Source of the DNA: Vicugna vicugna
Lineage: Eukaryota
Reading direction: 5' to 3'
DNA length: 64,000 bases
Assembly: GCA_013265495.1 (NCBI GenBank)
Contig: MU062282.1
Location: forward strand, 397,823 to 461,822
The notes under the pieces are model-generated. The model worked only from the letters and a program-made list of their open reading frames with translations, searched no databases and was not told where the DNA came from. How positions within the stretch are numbered: position 1 is the first letter of the stretch; every line of letters starts with the position of its first letter. Positions 33,335-45,959 of the stretch are shown piece by piece. The position numbers were made by a program, and so were the translations under genes.

Positions 33335-34099
33335 GTGTGCACACGTGTGTATGCATGTGTTCAATATAGCTGGTTGAGGGGTGGAAACAGAATGAGGCTG
33401 GTGCAAGGAATTCTTTGAAGCAGCTCCCAGCTCTTATCCAACAGACCACGTTTGGGATGATCTTTGATGCCATTATCTGTGACTCAGCCCCCATGAACTC
33501 AAACTAATAGTTAAGACAGATTCGGTAAAGTTTCACTCCTTGGAGATAAGAATTTTCTGGCCTCCAGGGAACTGGAGGTTGGTCCTGAGTTGGGTTCAGT
33601 CTTATACTCCACACAGACCTGATGACGTGGCTAACGGGGCCCAAGTTTTCCCGGGTTCTTTGCACATGTGTCTGGACCTATCAGCTCTAACAGACGGCAG
33701 GTCTTGCCAAGATGAGTGACACAGGAGGATGGAGCTCACCCAGATGCGGATGCCTTGCCAACACTCCTCATTGCTTATGAGTTAGACGTGTGTAGACATC
33801 TTCCAGCGTCAGAGGCAGGCTGTTCGTGTGCATCAGACACTGCTCGGGCAGCGATGGAACACACTCTTTTTTGCTTTCTTCCAACTTCCATCTTCCAAGA
33901 TGCAGACTGGGCATCAGAGACAACTTGGCAGGAAGGAGTCATTGGCTGTTCTTAAAGCATCAGTAACCTTGGGCAAGGCAGTGGCCCGTGGTGGTGACAG
34001 GCTCAGTGGTGGCCTCCGGAAGGGGAAGAGGTAATGAAGTCCTTATCTCATTAAACTACTCAGTGATTTCTGTTGCTGTCAGCTAAGATGCCTAACTGA

Positions 34100-34297
34100 C
34101 CAGAAGGGCTTGGCCACTTGTGTTTATAAATAAAGTTTTATTGGAATGCATGCTCATTTCTTTACAATTTGTCTATAACTATTTTTGCACTGCAATGGCA
34201 GAGTCGAGCACCTGCAACACAGACTGTCTGGAACACAAAGCCTGAAATATATACTCTCCTGCCCTTTCCAGAAAAAGTCAGCTGTTCCTTGGTCCAG
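34100..34297. mobile_element. MER58A (hAT-Charlie)
   Basis: tttataaataaagttttattggaa...gcactgcaatggcagag...aaagcctgaaatatatactc...ccctttccagaaaaagt. Confidence 0.85.
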
Positions 34298-34299
34298 GG

Positions 34300-34480
34300 C
34301 ATCGCTACTAGTGTGGTCTGGAGAAAGGGCAGCGTCTGGGAGGTTACTAGACATGTACATGGCCAGCACCCACCCCAGACCTACTGAATCAGAACCTCTG
34401 GGTCTGGGGCCCATGAATTTGTGTTCTAACAAACTCTCAAAGTTGTTCTCATGCGCACAAACATTTGAGAAAGCACTGAT
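34300..34480. mobile_element. MER5A (hAT-Charlie)
   Basis: ccccagacctactgaatcagaacctctgggtctggggccc...tttgagaaagcactg. Confidence 0.85.
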
Positions 34481-34859
34481 CTCAAAGCTAGCTCTTCTCT
34501 AGACAGCAATTCTGTCCTCTGAATTGCACAGAAATCTGTCAACATGAAGATGTGATGTTTCTATTTTTACCCCTGGAACTACCCAGAACGAATCTACTCC
34601 TCTTTCTCCCAGTGGCTCTCAAGAGATCAGAAGGGTCTCCTCATTCCTCCAAAGGTCTTTTTATTCTCCTTGATAAAGAGGCTCACTCCCTCCAAAGTTC
34701 TCCATCCACCCCTCCATCCCTTTCGTCCTGGCCACCTAAGATGCTTCAGTTTATCAGTGCTCCTCTCACTTCATTGCCTCAACTCTAAACCATGAGGTAT
34801 TTTTGCAGGACCAAAATACATGCACTCTGACGTGGTAAGCAAATAGCAGAGCGTTTAAG

Positions 34860-35050
34860 TACTGGGAACTTGGAATCAGGAAGGTGGCCTTGCTATTAGA
34901 GGCGTGCTCTTGGCCAAGTTACTTAATGTCTCCAGCCTGTGAAGTGAGCAAAATAATGAATTGTCCCTCATGGGACCATTATGAGACTTAAGTGAGATGA
35001 GGCACAAATATCTGGCTCTAGATAAATGTTGAATGAGCGATGTTATTATT
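34860..35050 (+). mobile_element. MIR SINE
   Basis: tcttggccaagttacttaatgtctccagcctgtgaagtgagc...ataaatgttga. Confidence 0.65.
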
Positions 35051-35264
35051 AAGCAGTGGCCCGTCACAAACATTTTACCTGTTCAGTGAGAGCTGTGTCT
35101 AAGTCCAAAAGGGAGCGGCAAAGGGTCAGCTGTCTTTGTCTGTGGTCCTGCCCTTATGAAGGGCATCGCCTGTGCTCCACCTGCCCCCAAGCCCTTAGCT
35201 CCCTTTCCACGATTTAAGATTTTCCCGTTGTGATTTTATTCAGTTGCTTTTCCCTTGTTGTCAT

Positions 35265-35560
35265 TCAGCCATCCATTTGGCAGCGCAGTAATTATGGAGT
35301 GCCTACCACGTGCCAGGCACTGTGCTAAGCACCTGGGAGACAGGGATGAACAGAGGACTTTGTTCTTCAGTGTTTAGCAGAGAGGAACTTTTTTCCCACA
35401 AGCAGATCTTAGGCAGAAATGTATTGAAAAGAGAGATCAAAGTGGGAAGCTCTAGTTGAAGCCAGTAGGGGTCTGAGCTCTGCCCACTGACCTTTCTCCT
35501 GAGTCTCACTCTCCAGTTCCTTCTAAAGGATCCCAAGGAATCCTCCCCAGGCTCTCAGTA
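35265..35560 (-). mobile_element. L2 3' region
   Basis: cattcagcc...gagtgcctaccacgtgccaggcactgtgctaagcacctgggagac. Confidence 0.7.
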
Positions 35561-36319
35561 CCTGCAGAACAAAAACTGAAGGCCACTGACCTGTGGGGGA
35601 CGGCGTGTGGGAATCAGGGCTGGGCATTTCTTCCTATGTGTTCTGTCTCTCACTTGAGGAATTGAAGGGCGATCCTTCTGGTTCTTCTCTGGTCTTCAGT
35701 TTCCATTTCTGAGCAAAGCTCTCTGAAAGGGTCCTCCAAGCCTTCCCTCTCCTCTCCCATTCCCTGTGTCTCTCCTCAAGTCATTCTCACTTCTATAGCC
35801 TTCAGAGCCCAGAGAAGATGGGAGGCAGTGAGGCTTGACGAACATGGTGAACATTTTTTGGTCTTGTCTGGTCAGCATCTTTCTCCCCCTTCTGGTCACT
35901 GCAACCCAGTTGTGCTGAGAGGGGCGACCACCTTTCTCCTGACCCCAGACCACATCGCTCAGATGGTGGTGACTTCACCCACAACCGCAACAGTAAGCAG
36001 GTGACTCAGCTGGCCAGTCAGAGCACCACATCCTCCGGCCCCAGCGATTGGTTTCTCTGGGAGCAGGTGACCTGTTGAGCTTCAGCTGTGAGATCGCAAG
36101 CCTGGTTCTCCAGAGCATGATGCAGAGGGAGTGTGGGTCTCAGGTGGGCACATCTCCTTGGCCCCCATCAGCATTTCATCCCAGGCGCTGGGAGGCAGTT
36201 GGAAGAGGCCAGGGGACCTGATTCTCCAGGTCTAAAGTAGATCTTTCCCCAGGTTCCACTTTGTTAAGATTCGTGCACTCATCCTTAAGAAGGCACCCCT
36301 CCCCAGCTTAGATCTATAT

Positions 36320-36560
36320 AGTTTGGTAATAAAGAGGGTGGTCTCTGAAGTCATGTAGACCCGGTCCCTATTTTTGCCTCTGCCAATCATAGGCTGCGTG
36401 AACCTGGGCAAGTCACTGGGCCTCTCAGAGCCTCGGTTTCCTCAACAGTCAATTTGAGATATTAGCACTTTTGCCATTGACTATTGTGAGAATTTAATGA
36501 GGTCATGGAGGTATGTGTTTTATCACAGTACCCAGTACCCAGTAAACATTCTAAAGTGCC
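36320..36560 (+). mobile_element. MIR SINE
   Basis: ctgcgtgaacctgggcaagtcactgggcctctcagagcctcggtttcctcaac. Confidence 0.85.
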
Positions 36561-38429
36561 ATTATTAGCTCAAAAAAGAAAAACCAAGAGTAGACATCCA
36601 GGCTCTACAAGGTATAGGTTTTCCATGGGCTTCAGATGAATGCTACTGTGTGGGGGAGGGGACAGGAGGTGGGTTTATTCTAGTACTTAAAAAGAAAAGG
36701 GATTGGGGGTGGGGTGGCAGTGATGACAGGAACACAGCACTTTAAGGAATGGCTTAAGACTTAGTCTTCAAAGAGCCGCCACCCCTGGACAGTAGTCATT
36801 TGATGCGTGACTGTCAGCTTGGAAAAGCTGGAAGTGGCCGATCTCCGCAGACGGGCAGATCGTGTCGCTCTCACATGATCATGCTCTAAATTAACGTATC
36901 AACATCAAACTGGCATTGAAACGCAGCTCAAATCAATTCCCCCACTCCCTCTTCAGTCTTGCCTTGCATTTTTTATTTTTTTTTTTTTTGCCCTCTGATT
37001 CTCATTGGCCAACCCATGAACCCATCTGGCCTCCACTCCATTTTGGTTGTCAGTGGGGGGAAAAAAAAGTAAAGAAAAAGATTCTGCTCATCCAAAGTAA
37101 TAACTCGAGACAATGGTGTAGCTCGTGCCAATGGCAGGCTCTTGGTTCTTGTCACTGTCATTTCATTCTTGGTCATTATTATTGGCTTCTATTGTAGACT
37201 CAAGCAGTGTTGGAAATCTCAGCACCTTTCATTTCTCCTGTGCTTTGAAGGGAACAGCTACGCACAGCCCACCGGTGGGGAGATTTCTTCCTCTCTCATT
37301 TTACACTGTATTAAAACAGAAGTTGCATGACTCCAAAGGATGCTTTTGACTTTAAAGTTCTTGTGATCTATTTGTCCAATACACATGTTGAATTAGAAAT
37401 TCATTTGTCACTCCCAGATAATAATGTTCAGAACGGCACTTCCTGCCTGAATCATTATCTTGGGCCTGGAGTTGCTCTACTAATGAATATGCATGAGCCC
37501 GGAGAGGGGGAAGAGAGATCTGCACAACCTGTTTCCTGGAGGAGCCTCAGATGGTTCAGCTCAATGTTCTGGGTTGAAGCTTCCAGAGCCAAGCCCAGCG
37601 TCTGCCTCACCACCCCCGGCTCATCCAGGCTTCTCGGAACACCTGCTCTCCGGTGATGGTGAGTGCCCAGTGACAGTGGGGCGCCCACGCAGTCAGGGAA
37701 ACGCCACTGCTTGTTCATTCATGAGCTGCGAACGTAGCAGAGGGTTAGTAGGCAGCGGAAAAGGAAGTGGGCTCACCGTGCCCTTTAGAAGTTCCAGCTG
37801 GGGAATCGAGAAACCACGAGAGATGCCTGCTGGCTCTGCTTCCAGGAAGCAGGAATTAGAAACGGGAGTCTAAGGAGTGATCATCAAAGAGAGACAAATG
37901 CTGTATGCCGGCTGCTGTCATGGCGAGTAAAGGAGATTTCCCAAATGAGCAGCTGAATGTCAAATAAAGGCAGGATGAGAATGCGTCACTCAGAAGCCAG
38001 CTGCCCTGGAGTCCCAGAGCAGCTTGGCCGCATCTGCGTGATGTCCTGGCTTGCGGTCCTTTTCTCAAGATCTAGGCTTCAGTCTCTAAGATAGAACTCA
38101 TTTCCCACCACGGAGGAGACGGATAACTCATGCCATTTGGATGGGTTTCATGACTGATCAAAGTTTGTAGATGCTGAAGCCCTCTGTCTCACATCCTCTG
38201 CCGTGACTGGAAGGGATCATGTGTATAGATCAGCTACTCTGTTCTAGGCACTGCCCCAAATAGAACTACAGTGTCCTCGCTCCTCAGCCAGAGCACCCAT
38301 TGCCTTGGGAAGTCGGGATGGGGATGGTTACGGCGGAAGCACAAAGAGAAAAGAGCCATGTCCAGCTTTTGACTCCCCAGATAAGTTCTCAATGCCCATC
38401 ATGAGATAATGGTCTCTCTCTCTCTCTCT

Positions 38430-38893
38430 CTCTGGTGATAGATGGATTTCCTATGGGAATTGACCCATGTGATTATGGAAGCTGAGAAATCCCATCGTCT
38501 GCAGTCTGCAAGCTGGAGAACCAGCAAAGGTGGCGGTATATTTCAATCTGAGTCCAAAGACCTGAGATTCAAGGAACCTGATGGCGTAAGTCTCAGTCCA
38601 AATCTGAAGACCCAAGAACCAGGGGCACCCATGTCTAAGGGTACAAGAAGGATGTCCCAGCTCAAGCAGAGAGGTCAAATCCCCCTGCCTCTGTCTTTTA
38701 CTTCTATTCACACCCTCAGTGGATTGGATGATGCTCATTCGTGCTGGTGAGGGTGGGTCTCCTTCCTCAGTGTATCAATTCAAACACTAACTTCTTCCGG
38801 AAGCACTCTCACAGATGCACCCAGGCAAAAGTCTGACCAGCTATCTGGGCATCCCTTAGCCCAGTCAACCTGAGGCTTAAATTTAACCATCAC
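38430..38893 (-). mobile_element. ERVL solo LTR (MLT2-like)
   Basis: gtgattatggaagctgagaaatccc...ctgcaagctggagaacc...ccttagcccagtcaacctg...taaccatcaca. Confidence 0.9.
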
Positions 38894-39689
38894 AGTGTTC
38901 GCTCTGCAGTGGACGCCAACACAGGACACCCAGGGTCAAGACAAGACCCAGAATCCCACAGTGAAGGCCAGAAAGGACAATGGACCGCTTCTCCTCGGCT
39001 GTGAAGCACCTGACCTTCTTCATGAAGTCAGACACCCTCTTTAAGAGGTGGAGGAGGAAGCGCCCTGGAGGGAGGAGGGCTGTGACTGTTGACTGATGCT
39101 TTGCCAAGACTAAGTGAGCTTGAAAAAGTGATGTGAAGCCGGTATCTCTGGTACTCCTGTCCCAGGCACCCCAGGGGTGGGGACATTGAGCATGATGAGA
39201 TCAGTAAAATAAATAAAGAAAATTACACTGACCCTTTGCTCATCGGAAGTCCGCTGAGGGAATGTCGAATCTCCTACACGTGGGGCTAGTCTAGGGCGTC
39301 AAAGGCTCCCAGAGCAGCACACTCCTGCCAGGCAACGTCAGAATCGTGACCTGCTGATACAAAGTACTGCTTTTTACAGCAGCGTGAGATGCTGAACTGG
39401 GGGAGGGAGCGTTTGTGTGCGTGGCCCACGATGGCCTCACTCCACTTACTGGCCTGGAATGTTCCTTTTGTTTACTTATTCTTCCATGGCACGTCCTGGG
39501 GTGGTATTCGGTCTAATGGGAGAGTGACAAGGACAGGGATTGTTAGACTCGAAGATGAAAAAAGGCCCACTGGAAACACAGCAGAAGGCTCTGCGGGTTC
39601 TGTAGGAGCACAGAGGAGGGGCGGCTCTGACTGCCAAGTGGAAATGAGAGCACTTTGTGGCAGAAGGAGCATTCTAAATGATGCACACA

Positions 39690-39855
39690 CTGCACCTTGG
39701 TCACTCTGTGGTCCATAGATCCGCAGCACTGGCATCACCTGGGAGCTTGTGAGAAATGCAGAATCCCAGGTCCTGCCCTAGTCCTGATAAATTAGAATCT
39801 GCATTTTAACAAGATCCCAGGTGAGTTACGTGCATGTTAGATTTGAGGAGAGAAC
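39690..39855. mobile_element. MER5A/B (hAT-Charlie)
   Basis: ggcatcacctgggagcttgtgagaaatgcagaatcccagg...agaatctgcattttaacaagatcccagg. Confidence 0.9.
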
Positions 39856-40194
39856 GCAAGGCTGGTACTCTGCCATGATGAGCCTAGGGGCTCCTGGGCC
39901 CCAGAAAGCCCTCCGTGGTCCAGGAGGAAGCAGCTGGAAGCCCACTGGCCCACCCCTCGCAGGGTTCCCAGAGCCTGAGCTGTGTCCCAAACTTCCCAGG
40001 ACATAATCAAACTAAGAGTCCCCCAAGGCACCCATGCACTAACCGTGAAAATCAGATTTTCCTTTAAATCAAGCCTTACAAAGTGTTTAAAATAGACTTC
40101 GAAATGCCAGAGAATCCCACCTGCTAAGGAAAATGGTACAACAGGGAGCCAAAGGAGGACTTGTCAGAGGGAGAAAGAGATCTGAAACACACAG

Positions 40195-40340
40195 CCTGAG
40201 ACAAAGAAACAGAGAGAGAGAGAGAGAGAGGCAGACTGAGACGTGGGGAGAGGGAGGGAGAGGCGGCGATGGAAAAGTAGGAACAGAGAGAGAGAGAAGG
40301 TTAGAGTCATATCAGAAATTAGAGGAAGGAGAGGAAGAAG
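40195..40340. repeat. GA-rich low-complexity tract with (AG)n
   Basis: Direct. Confidence 0.8.
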
Positions 40341-40599
40341 TAGACCATCCAGAGAACTTGTGGGACCCGCCCTGCTTGCCGGAGCCTCCTGGAGCGCATC
40401 AAATAAGGCGCAGGGCGCAGCTGCCCTGGTCCAGAATGCAGGGTCTCTGCAAGTGGCCTGACTCTCTTTCTAAGAGAGCTTCACCTGCTTTCCAGCTGCA
40501 GCCACACCCCAACCAGCAGGCATCCTTCCACCTTGCTCTCACACTCCCGTGCCCTTCCCGCCTTATCCCAGGGCAACTCCCATGAGGTTCTTCAAGCCC

Positions 40600-40860
40600 C
40601 AATTCCAATCCCGTTTCCAACACCTGTTCTTGTCCCAGTCGGCTTCACACAGAGTGAACTGCTCCATCCTCCATGAGTCACGGCTTTTCCTCTTATCAGG
40701 TCCTTGGTGGGACCACTTACCTCCCCAGCAAAAGTTCTTGTATGTCTCCTCCATCAGACTCTGAGCTCCTTACAGACAAGGAGTGATGTCTTATTCAATT
40801 CTATAATGCTGGCACCTAGGATATGCAGCACTCAGTAAGTGTTGGTAGAATAATCTCATT
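40600..40860 (+). mobile_element. L2 3' end
   Basis: cagactctgagctccttacagacaagg...gctggcacctagg...cactcagtaagtgttgg. Confidence 0.65.
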
Positions 40861-41229
40861 TTTCCTGAGAGATATTGGAAGAAAATAATATCACAGCCTC
40901 CAAGATGGTACAATTTTCCTTAGTGCAAATGAATAGAAAGCCACAATCTCGATTCCATAAGACCAATCTGGAATTTAAAAAAAATTGCCAGTCTCCATTT
41001 CCATGCCAGTGGCAGACATTACTAATCGATCAGGGCACTCTCCCACTGAGCCCAAATGTGACCTCAGTCTCTTCCCCAACACCACTGTAACCCAAACAGA
41101 CACTGACAATCAACTGGAATTAGTTTATTGATTTTTATGCAGACATTCAGAAGAACCAGCAAAATTGATTCTTTTGAATAAAAAAAATTTTACATGCTAT
41201 AAGCTTTTATGAACACATGTGCATATACA

Positions 41230-41440
41230 TGCTTATAATAATTACTGATCAAAGTCATTGATTGTTGTACAAAGTACTTTCTGTACATTATCTCCATGAA
41301 TCCTCAAAAAACCCTCATGAGTTTGGTACTACTGTTACCTTCAATTTACAGATAAGAAAACTTAAGTTTCAGAGTGATTAAGTAGCTGCCCAAGGTTAGT
41401 AAATAAAGTGAAAATTAAAGCCTTGTTTATCTGAAGCCAA
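41230..41440 (-). mobile_element. MIR SINE
   Basis: atcctcaaaaaaccctcatgag...tttacagataagaaaacttaagtttcagagtgattaagtagctgcccaagg. Confidence 0.8.
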
Positions 41441-41689
41441 GATCAGTATTCAGAACAGTTATGCGGGTACACATCTTCAGCAGGAAAAACAATTCGTAAG
41501 TTCATGTGGCCTCCGGTTCAAATTTATTTTTGAGGTGGTTCTTATCACTGTTGTTTATTGTTTCTACAGTTTGTCACCCAACCTTTCAAAGTCACATCAG
41601 AGAGCCAGATCCCAGTCATCCGTGCTGTGGGTCTACATGTTTGAAACGGGGTACAAGATGTTTCACCCATTTTATAAATTTGCCGTCAT

Positions 41690-41890
41690 AACAGTTACCA
41701 CGTGCTCAAAGTTTGCCAGGTGCCAGGTGCTGTGCTAATGAGACGAGGAGCTCATCGCATCCTCAGCATAAACCTATGAAAAGTCCACTTACCAGATGCA
41801 GAAACTGAGGTTTAGAGAGGATTCAACACCCACTTAAGACTGCACAACCGGGACGAGCCTGGATTTGAACTCAGGCCATTTGACTCCACA
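41690..41890 (-). mobile_element. MIR SINE
   Basis: ccagatgcagaaactgaggtttagagagg...ggatttgaactcaggcc. Confidence 0.8.
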
Positions 41891-42609
41891 TCCTGCCTCC
41901 CTCACCCCCACACGGTGCCTCCAGTCGGTCTCGGTACAGCTCTGGCCCTAATGCGGCCGTAAGCTTGCAGCAAAGAAGACATACCATGTTCCACGATGCC
42001 TCTAAACTAGACTTTATTTTTCCTTCCTGGTAGAATTGTTCCCAGCACTGACTGACTTAGCCAAATGTTGGGGGGGTTTTGTAATCCCATCTTTTTGCTT
42101 TAGTTCAACTAATTGCCATTCTTTGTCTATAATTTTCAAATTCCCATTTTCTGCTTCAAATCTATCGTGTAAGTCGACGTTGACAAGAAGAGGCCTCAAG
42201 AGCTCCTGGAAGTGGGCCCCCTCCATCTGGCGCGCTCTCTCCACCTGCCTGATGGCGGGGGCCTTCGCAGCCTGATAACTTAAGCTCCACAGTTCCGTGC
42301 CTTTCCGCTTCTATAGAACTACGGTCTTCTCTCCAGCAGGAATATAGTTTTATTTCCAGGAAGACTCAGCCAGCCAAGGGGAAGGCATTGGAGGCCAGAG
42401 TGTCTGAGCACAGATAGATATCTTGGTGCAGAATGGCATCCCAGGCTTTATAAGAATTTGCAGAGACGAGAGAAGACTGGGGCTTTTTGAACACCTATTT
42501 ATGCTAAATAAAAAGGCATCCTTTATTACCAAATAAGAAAATGATGGTCTGCCTTTCTCCTAGTCCCTGCGATGGCAGCTGATCACTTCTTAGGCTCAGC
42601 TGACCTTGT

Positions 42610-42830
42610 GCAAAGAGGCAACATGGCGACCAGCGAGTTCCAAATCCAGCTTTGCTCTTTCCTAGCTGTGTGACCTTGGAAAGGTTGGCCAACCCCTCTG
42701 GGCTTCACATTCCTCATCTGTGAAATAGGGACAAAGATCAGAAGTTGCACTGATTTCTGCCGCATTGAAAACTCCGTGTTTTTGTTAGTTATAAATACGA
42801 GCTACATTAATACACTGAGTTGATGGAGTG
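42610..42830 (+). mobile_element. MIR SINE
   Basis: ttccaaatccagctttgctctttcctagctgtgtgaccttgg...ttcctcatctgtgaaataggg. Confidence 0.85.
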
Positions 42831-43039
42831 TGTCAGAAGTGGAGATACTAAAGGATTGCTGAGAACTTCAGTCACCAGGGAAAGGAACAGGGCACCCCCT
42901 CAAGAAAACCGTGGCAGGAGCAGGAGGACTCTAGGCTCCCTCATCCTCCTCCCTCAGGACATAGCTCCTTCCTGCCCTTTCCTTATCCTCATCTCTCACC
43001 TTGAATGACAAAGATGGGTAAGAAAAATATGTCTAGTCA

Positions 43040-43250
43040 TATCATAACATCAGCTTCCATGCTTTAATAGCCTACGCTGTTCCAGGCACCGGGAAAGTCA
43101 ATTACATGCATCCCTTCCTCCCCCTGACAAGCAGGCAGCGTGCACATTAGTATCTCCACTTGCTGGGGAGGGGCCAGGAAGTTAAGGACCACGCCCAGGG
43201 GCACCGGGGCAAATGGCAGGACTGGGATTTGAACCCTGTTCTGTCTGCTT
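43040..43250 (-). mobile_element. MIR SINE
   Basis: gttaaggaccacgcccaggggcacc...ggactgggatttgaaccc. Confidence 0.6.
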
Positions 43251-43269
43251 TCAGCTCCTTAGCAGGTAT

Positions 43270-43640
43270 CCTCTTAGTTTGGGTTTCCCTGAAAGCAGAG
43301 CCCGAGACAAGGACATGGATGCAGGACATGTGTTTAGGAGGTGACACTGGAGCCAGGAGAAGAGAGCGGAGAGAGTGAGATGGAGAAGGAGGGACGCCAG
43401 CAGCGTGTGGGTGGAGCTGTTGCCACCATGGGCAAGCAGGGCACAGTCCTGCAAAGACCCTCCTCGGACCCGTGTAGCCTGCGCGTCAGATTCACCCCAG
43501 GAGGGGTGGACCTGGACCTGGGGCATTTCTCCACCGACGCCCGTTGGCTGAGGGCAGGAGCCCTGGGACACTACCTGCCACGGGCAGATCACTTCCGCGC
43601 AGGTGCTGAGCCCCCTGATCAGAGAAAGCCAGGGCTAGAA
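43270..43640 (-). mobile_element. MaLR LTR (MLT1I/J-like)
   Basis: tcttagtttgggtttccctgaaagcagagcccgagacaagg...ggaggtgac. Confidence 0.65.
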
Positions 43641-43837
43641 GAGGGAGGAGAAACTTAGAGTTTGTCCAGGTGAGACACCTGGAGAGTGCACACGGCTGCC
43701 CATACCTGAAACCAGGTGAGCCGAAGAGGTGCCAGTCCAGGCACAAGAGGTGTCCATGAACAGCACCTCCTCATACAGCCTCCTTGGATTCCTGGATACG
43801 TCCGCCTGGGAGTTTGCACTTGCAGAGGGGAAGTTGC

Positions 43838-44217
43838 TGCTATAGGCTGGGTATCTGTGTGCCCTCAAGATTCGTATGTTGAAGCCTAACTTCCAATGTG
43901 ATGGTACTAGGAGGTGGGGTCTTGGGAGGTGATAAGGCCATGAGGGTGGAGCCCTTGTGAATGGGATTCATGCCTTTACAAAAGGGACCCCAAAGAGTTC
44001 CCTTTTCCATGCGAGGCCGTAGGGAGAAGAATGCCATCTCTGAACCAGGAAGTGAGCTCTCACCAGACACCAGACACCAGACACCGAATCTGCCAAGTGC
44101 CTTGGTCTTGAGTCCAATTGTCACCTCCCAGCCTCTAGCGCAGTGAGAAGTGAATTTCTGTGGTTTGTAAGCCCCCAGTCTATGGTAGTGTTACAGCAGC
44201 CCAAACGAACTAAGATG
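43838..44217 (+). mobile_element. MaLR solo LTR (MLT1A/A0)
   Basis: tgctataggctg...tatgttgaagcctaac...ccagtctatggtagtgttacagcagcccaaacgaactaaga. Confidence 0.9.
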
Positions 44218-44439
44218 AGTGCATACAATTCTTTTGCTTCTCAGTCTACCTAGGAGAACAGGCAAGACATTGCCACCTAAAATTGTGAGTTGGGGAAATG
44301 CAGGAATCTAGATGGTAACGCCGTCTCCTCTCACGTTAAACTGCCCGGCTTCTAATTCTGCTCTGCCGCATACTAGATCTGTAACTTGAGGCGAATTATT
44401 TTCATCTTCGTGTTTCCATTTCTTTATCTGTCTCTTCTT

Positions 44440-45190
44440 CTAACAATAACTATCTATTTATCACTGCCATATGCCAGGCCTCGTTCTGGGTACCAGCAAT
44501 ACCATAGTGAATAAAACAGACCCCCCCCAAAAAAAATTTCCACTCACTCACCCTGCTTTCCTCTGGATGAAGACAGACAATGCACAGAAGAAATAAAGAA
44601 AACGTTTGGTATATAAGACTGTGAATTAAAGCACAGGAGGATGATATGGAATATGTTGGTGGAGGGGGGAGTGGGGTGGGGGCACTCTGTGTCAGTTAAG
44701 GTGATTAGGCAGAGCATCCCTGAGAAAGAGGCATCTGAATAAAGATCTGATAGGAATGAGGGGAGAAGCATGTGGCTATCTGGCAGAAGGGCTTTCCAGC
44801 CAGAAGAAACAGCAGGTGCAAAGGCCCAGGGGTGGGAGTCTGCCCAGAGTGTTCTAGGAATAGCCAGACTGTGTGGCTGAAGTGGATTGAGCAGGGGTGT
44901 GGCTAGGGGATGAAATCAGACAGGAAATGCGGGGAGTGGCATATGGGGAGCACTGGATTTCACTGTGAGTGGGATGTGAAGCTGTGGGAGGGTTTTGAGG
45001 AGAAGTGACATGATGTGACTTACATGTGTATAACATCACTCTGGCTGTTGTGTTAAGAATAGACTGTGAGAGGGCGGGACAGAAACAGGGGGAGATCCAG
45101 GAGGCTACTGCAGCCATGGGGGTGATACAGGATGGGGGCTGGGGCGAGGGTGGTGTCCATGCAGGTGGTGAGAAGTGACAGATTATGTAC
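44440..45190 (-). mobile_element. L2a fragment (~750 bp)
   Basis: Colinear L2 3' sequence: gtgaataaaacagac...aggtgcaaaggccc...gagggttttgaggagaagtgacatg...aggaggctactgcag. Confidence 0.9.
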
Positions 45191-45370
45191 AATGTGCATA
45201 ACCCTTTTCAGACCTTAGACGCATTATCTCATCCAATTTTCAGAAAGCCTCAGATGAGGTAAGAGTTAGTATCTCCCATTTTTATGAAGAACAGGAAGCC
45301 GAGTGCCTGCCCAAGGTCCCACAGCGGACATGTGGCCAAACCAAGATGAGGACGCGGGTCTCCTGAGTCA
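45190..45370 (-). mobile_element. MIR SINE
   Basis: gtatctcccatttttatgaagaacagg...cctgcccaaggtcccacagc. Confidence 0.7.
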
Positions 45371-45959
45371 GTTCCTTACAGTATTTCCCCCTAATCTGAT
45401 GATCCTTCTGCTGCATTTCACTCTATGGATCCTGTAGTTTGTGAAGACTCCATTCTGAGGCACAGCGCTTCCTAAATGTTCTCTCTCACAAGGCTCCCAT
45501 TTCCAAAGCCAATCAGGACCTGAGAATGAAAATACTCTTGGCAAGTCCAAGACCAAAAAAGAAGAAGAGAGGGAAGCAGAGAGGGGAGCCACTGAAAATT
45601 CCAGTGCTCTGCAGGCAGGGATCATTTCCTTAGGGTATTTTTTTCCCTTTACTTGAGGTTGGAAGTAGAAACTTAATTAAAAGTGTGACTCTATTCAAAG
45701 AAGGGCATGGAGGATGTGACACTTTTAAAAATATCACAGTGTTAGGCTTGGCAGTGATTCTGAGAAAATGCCCCCCCGAGACTTCAGACATGTGCGTGCA
45801 GGATGCTACGAAGGAAGACTTCAGCAAGAAAGAGTTAGACCATCAAATTGGTTATAATGCATAATGTACTTATCCAGCCCTGACCTCCCCCCGTAGCTCC
45901 AAACTCCGTTATGGATCTGGGAACCTGCATCTTCACCTGGATGGAGAATCGGCATTTCA

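Noticed and set aside
42014-42244. 76-aa minus-strand ORF with protein-like composition
   Set aside because: No recognisable homology and no convincing splice sites; the length is within chance expectation.
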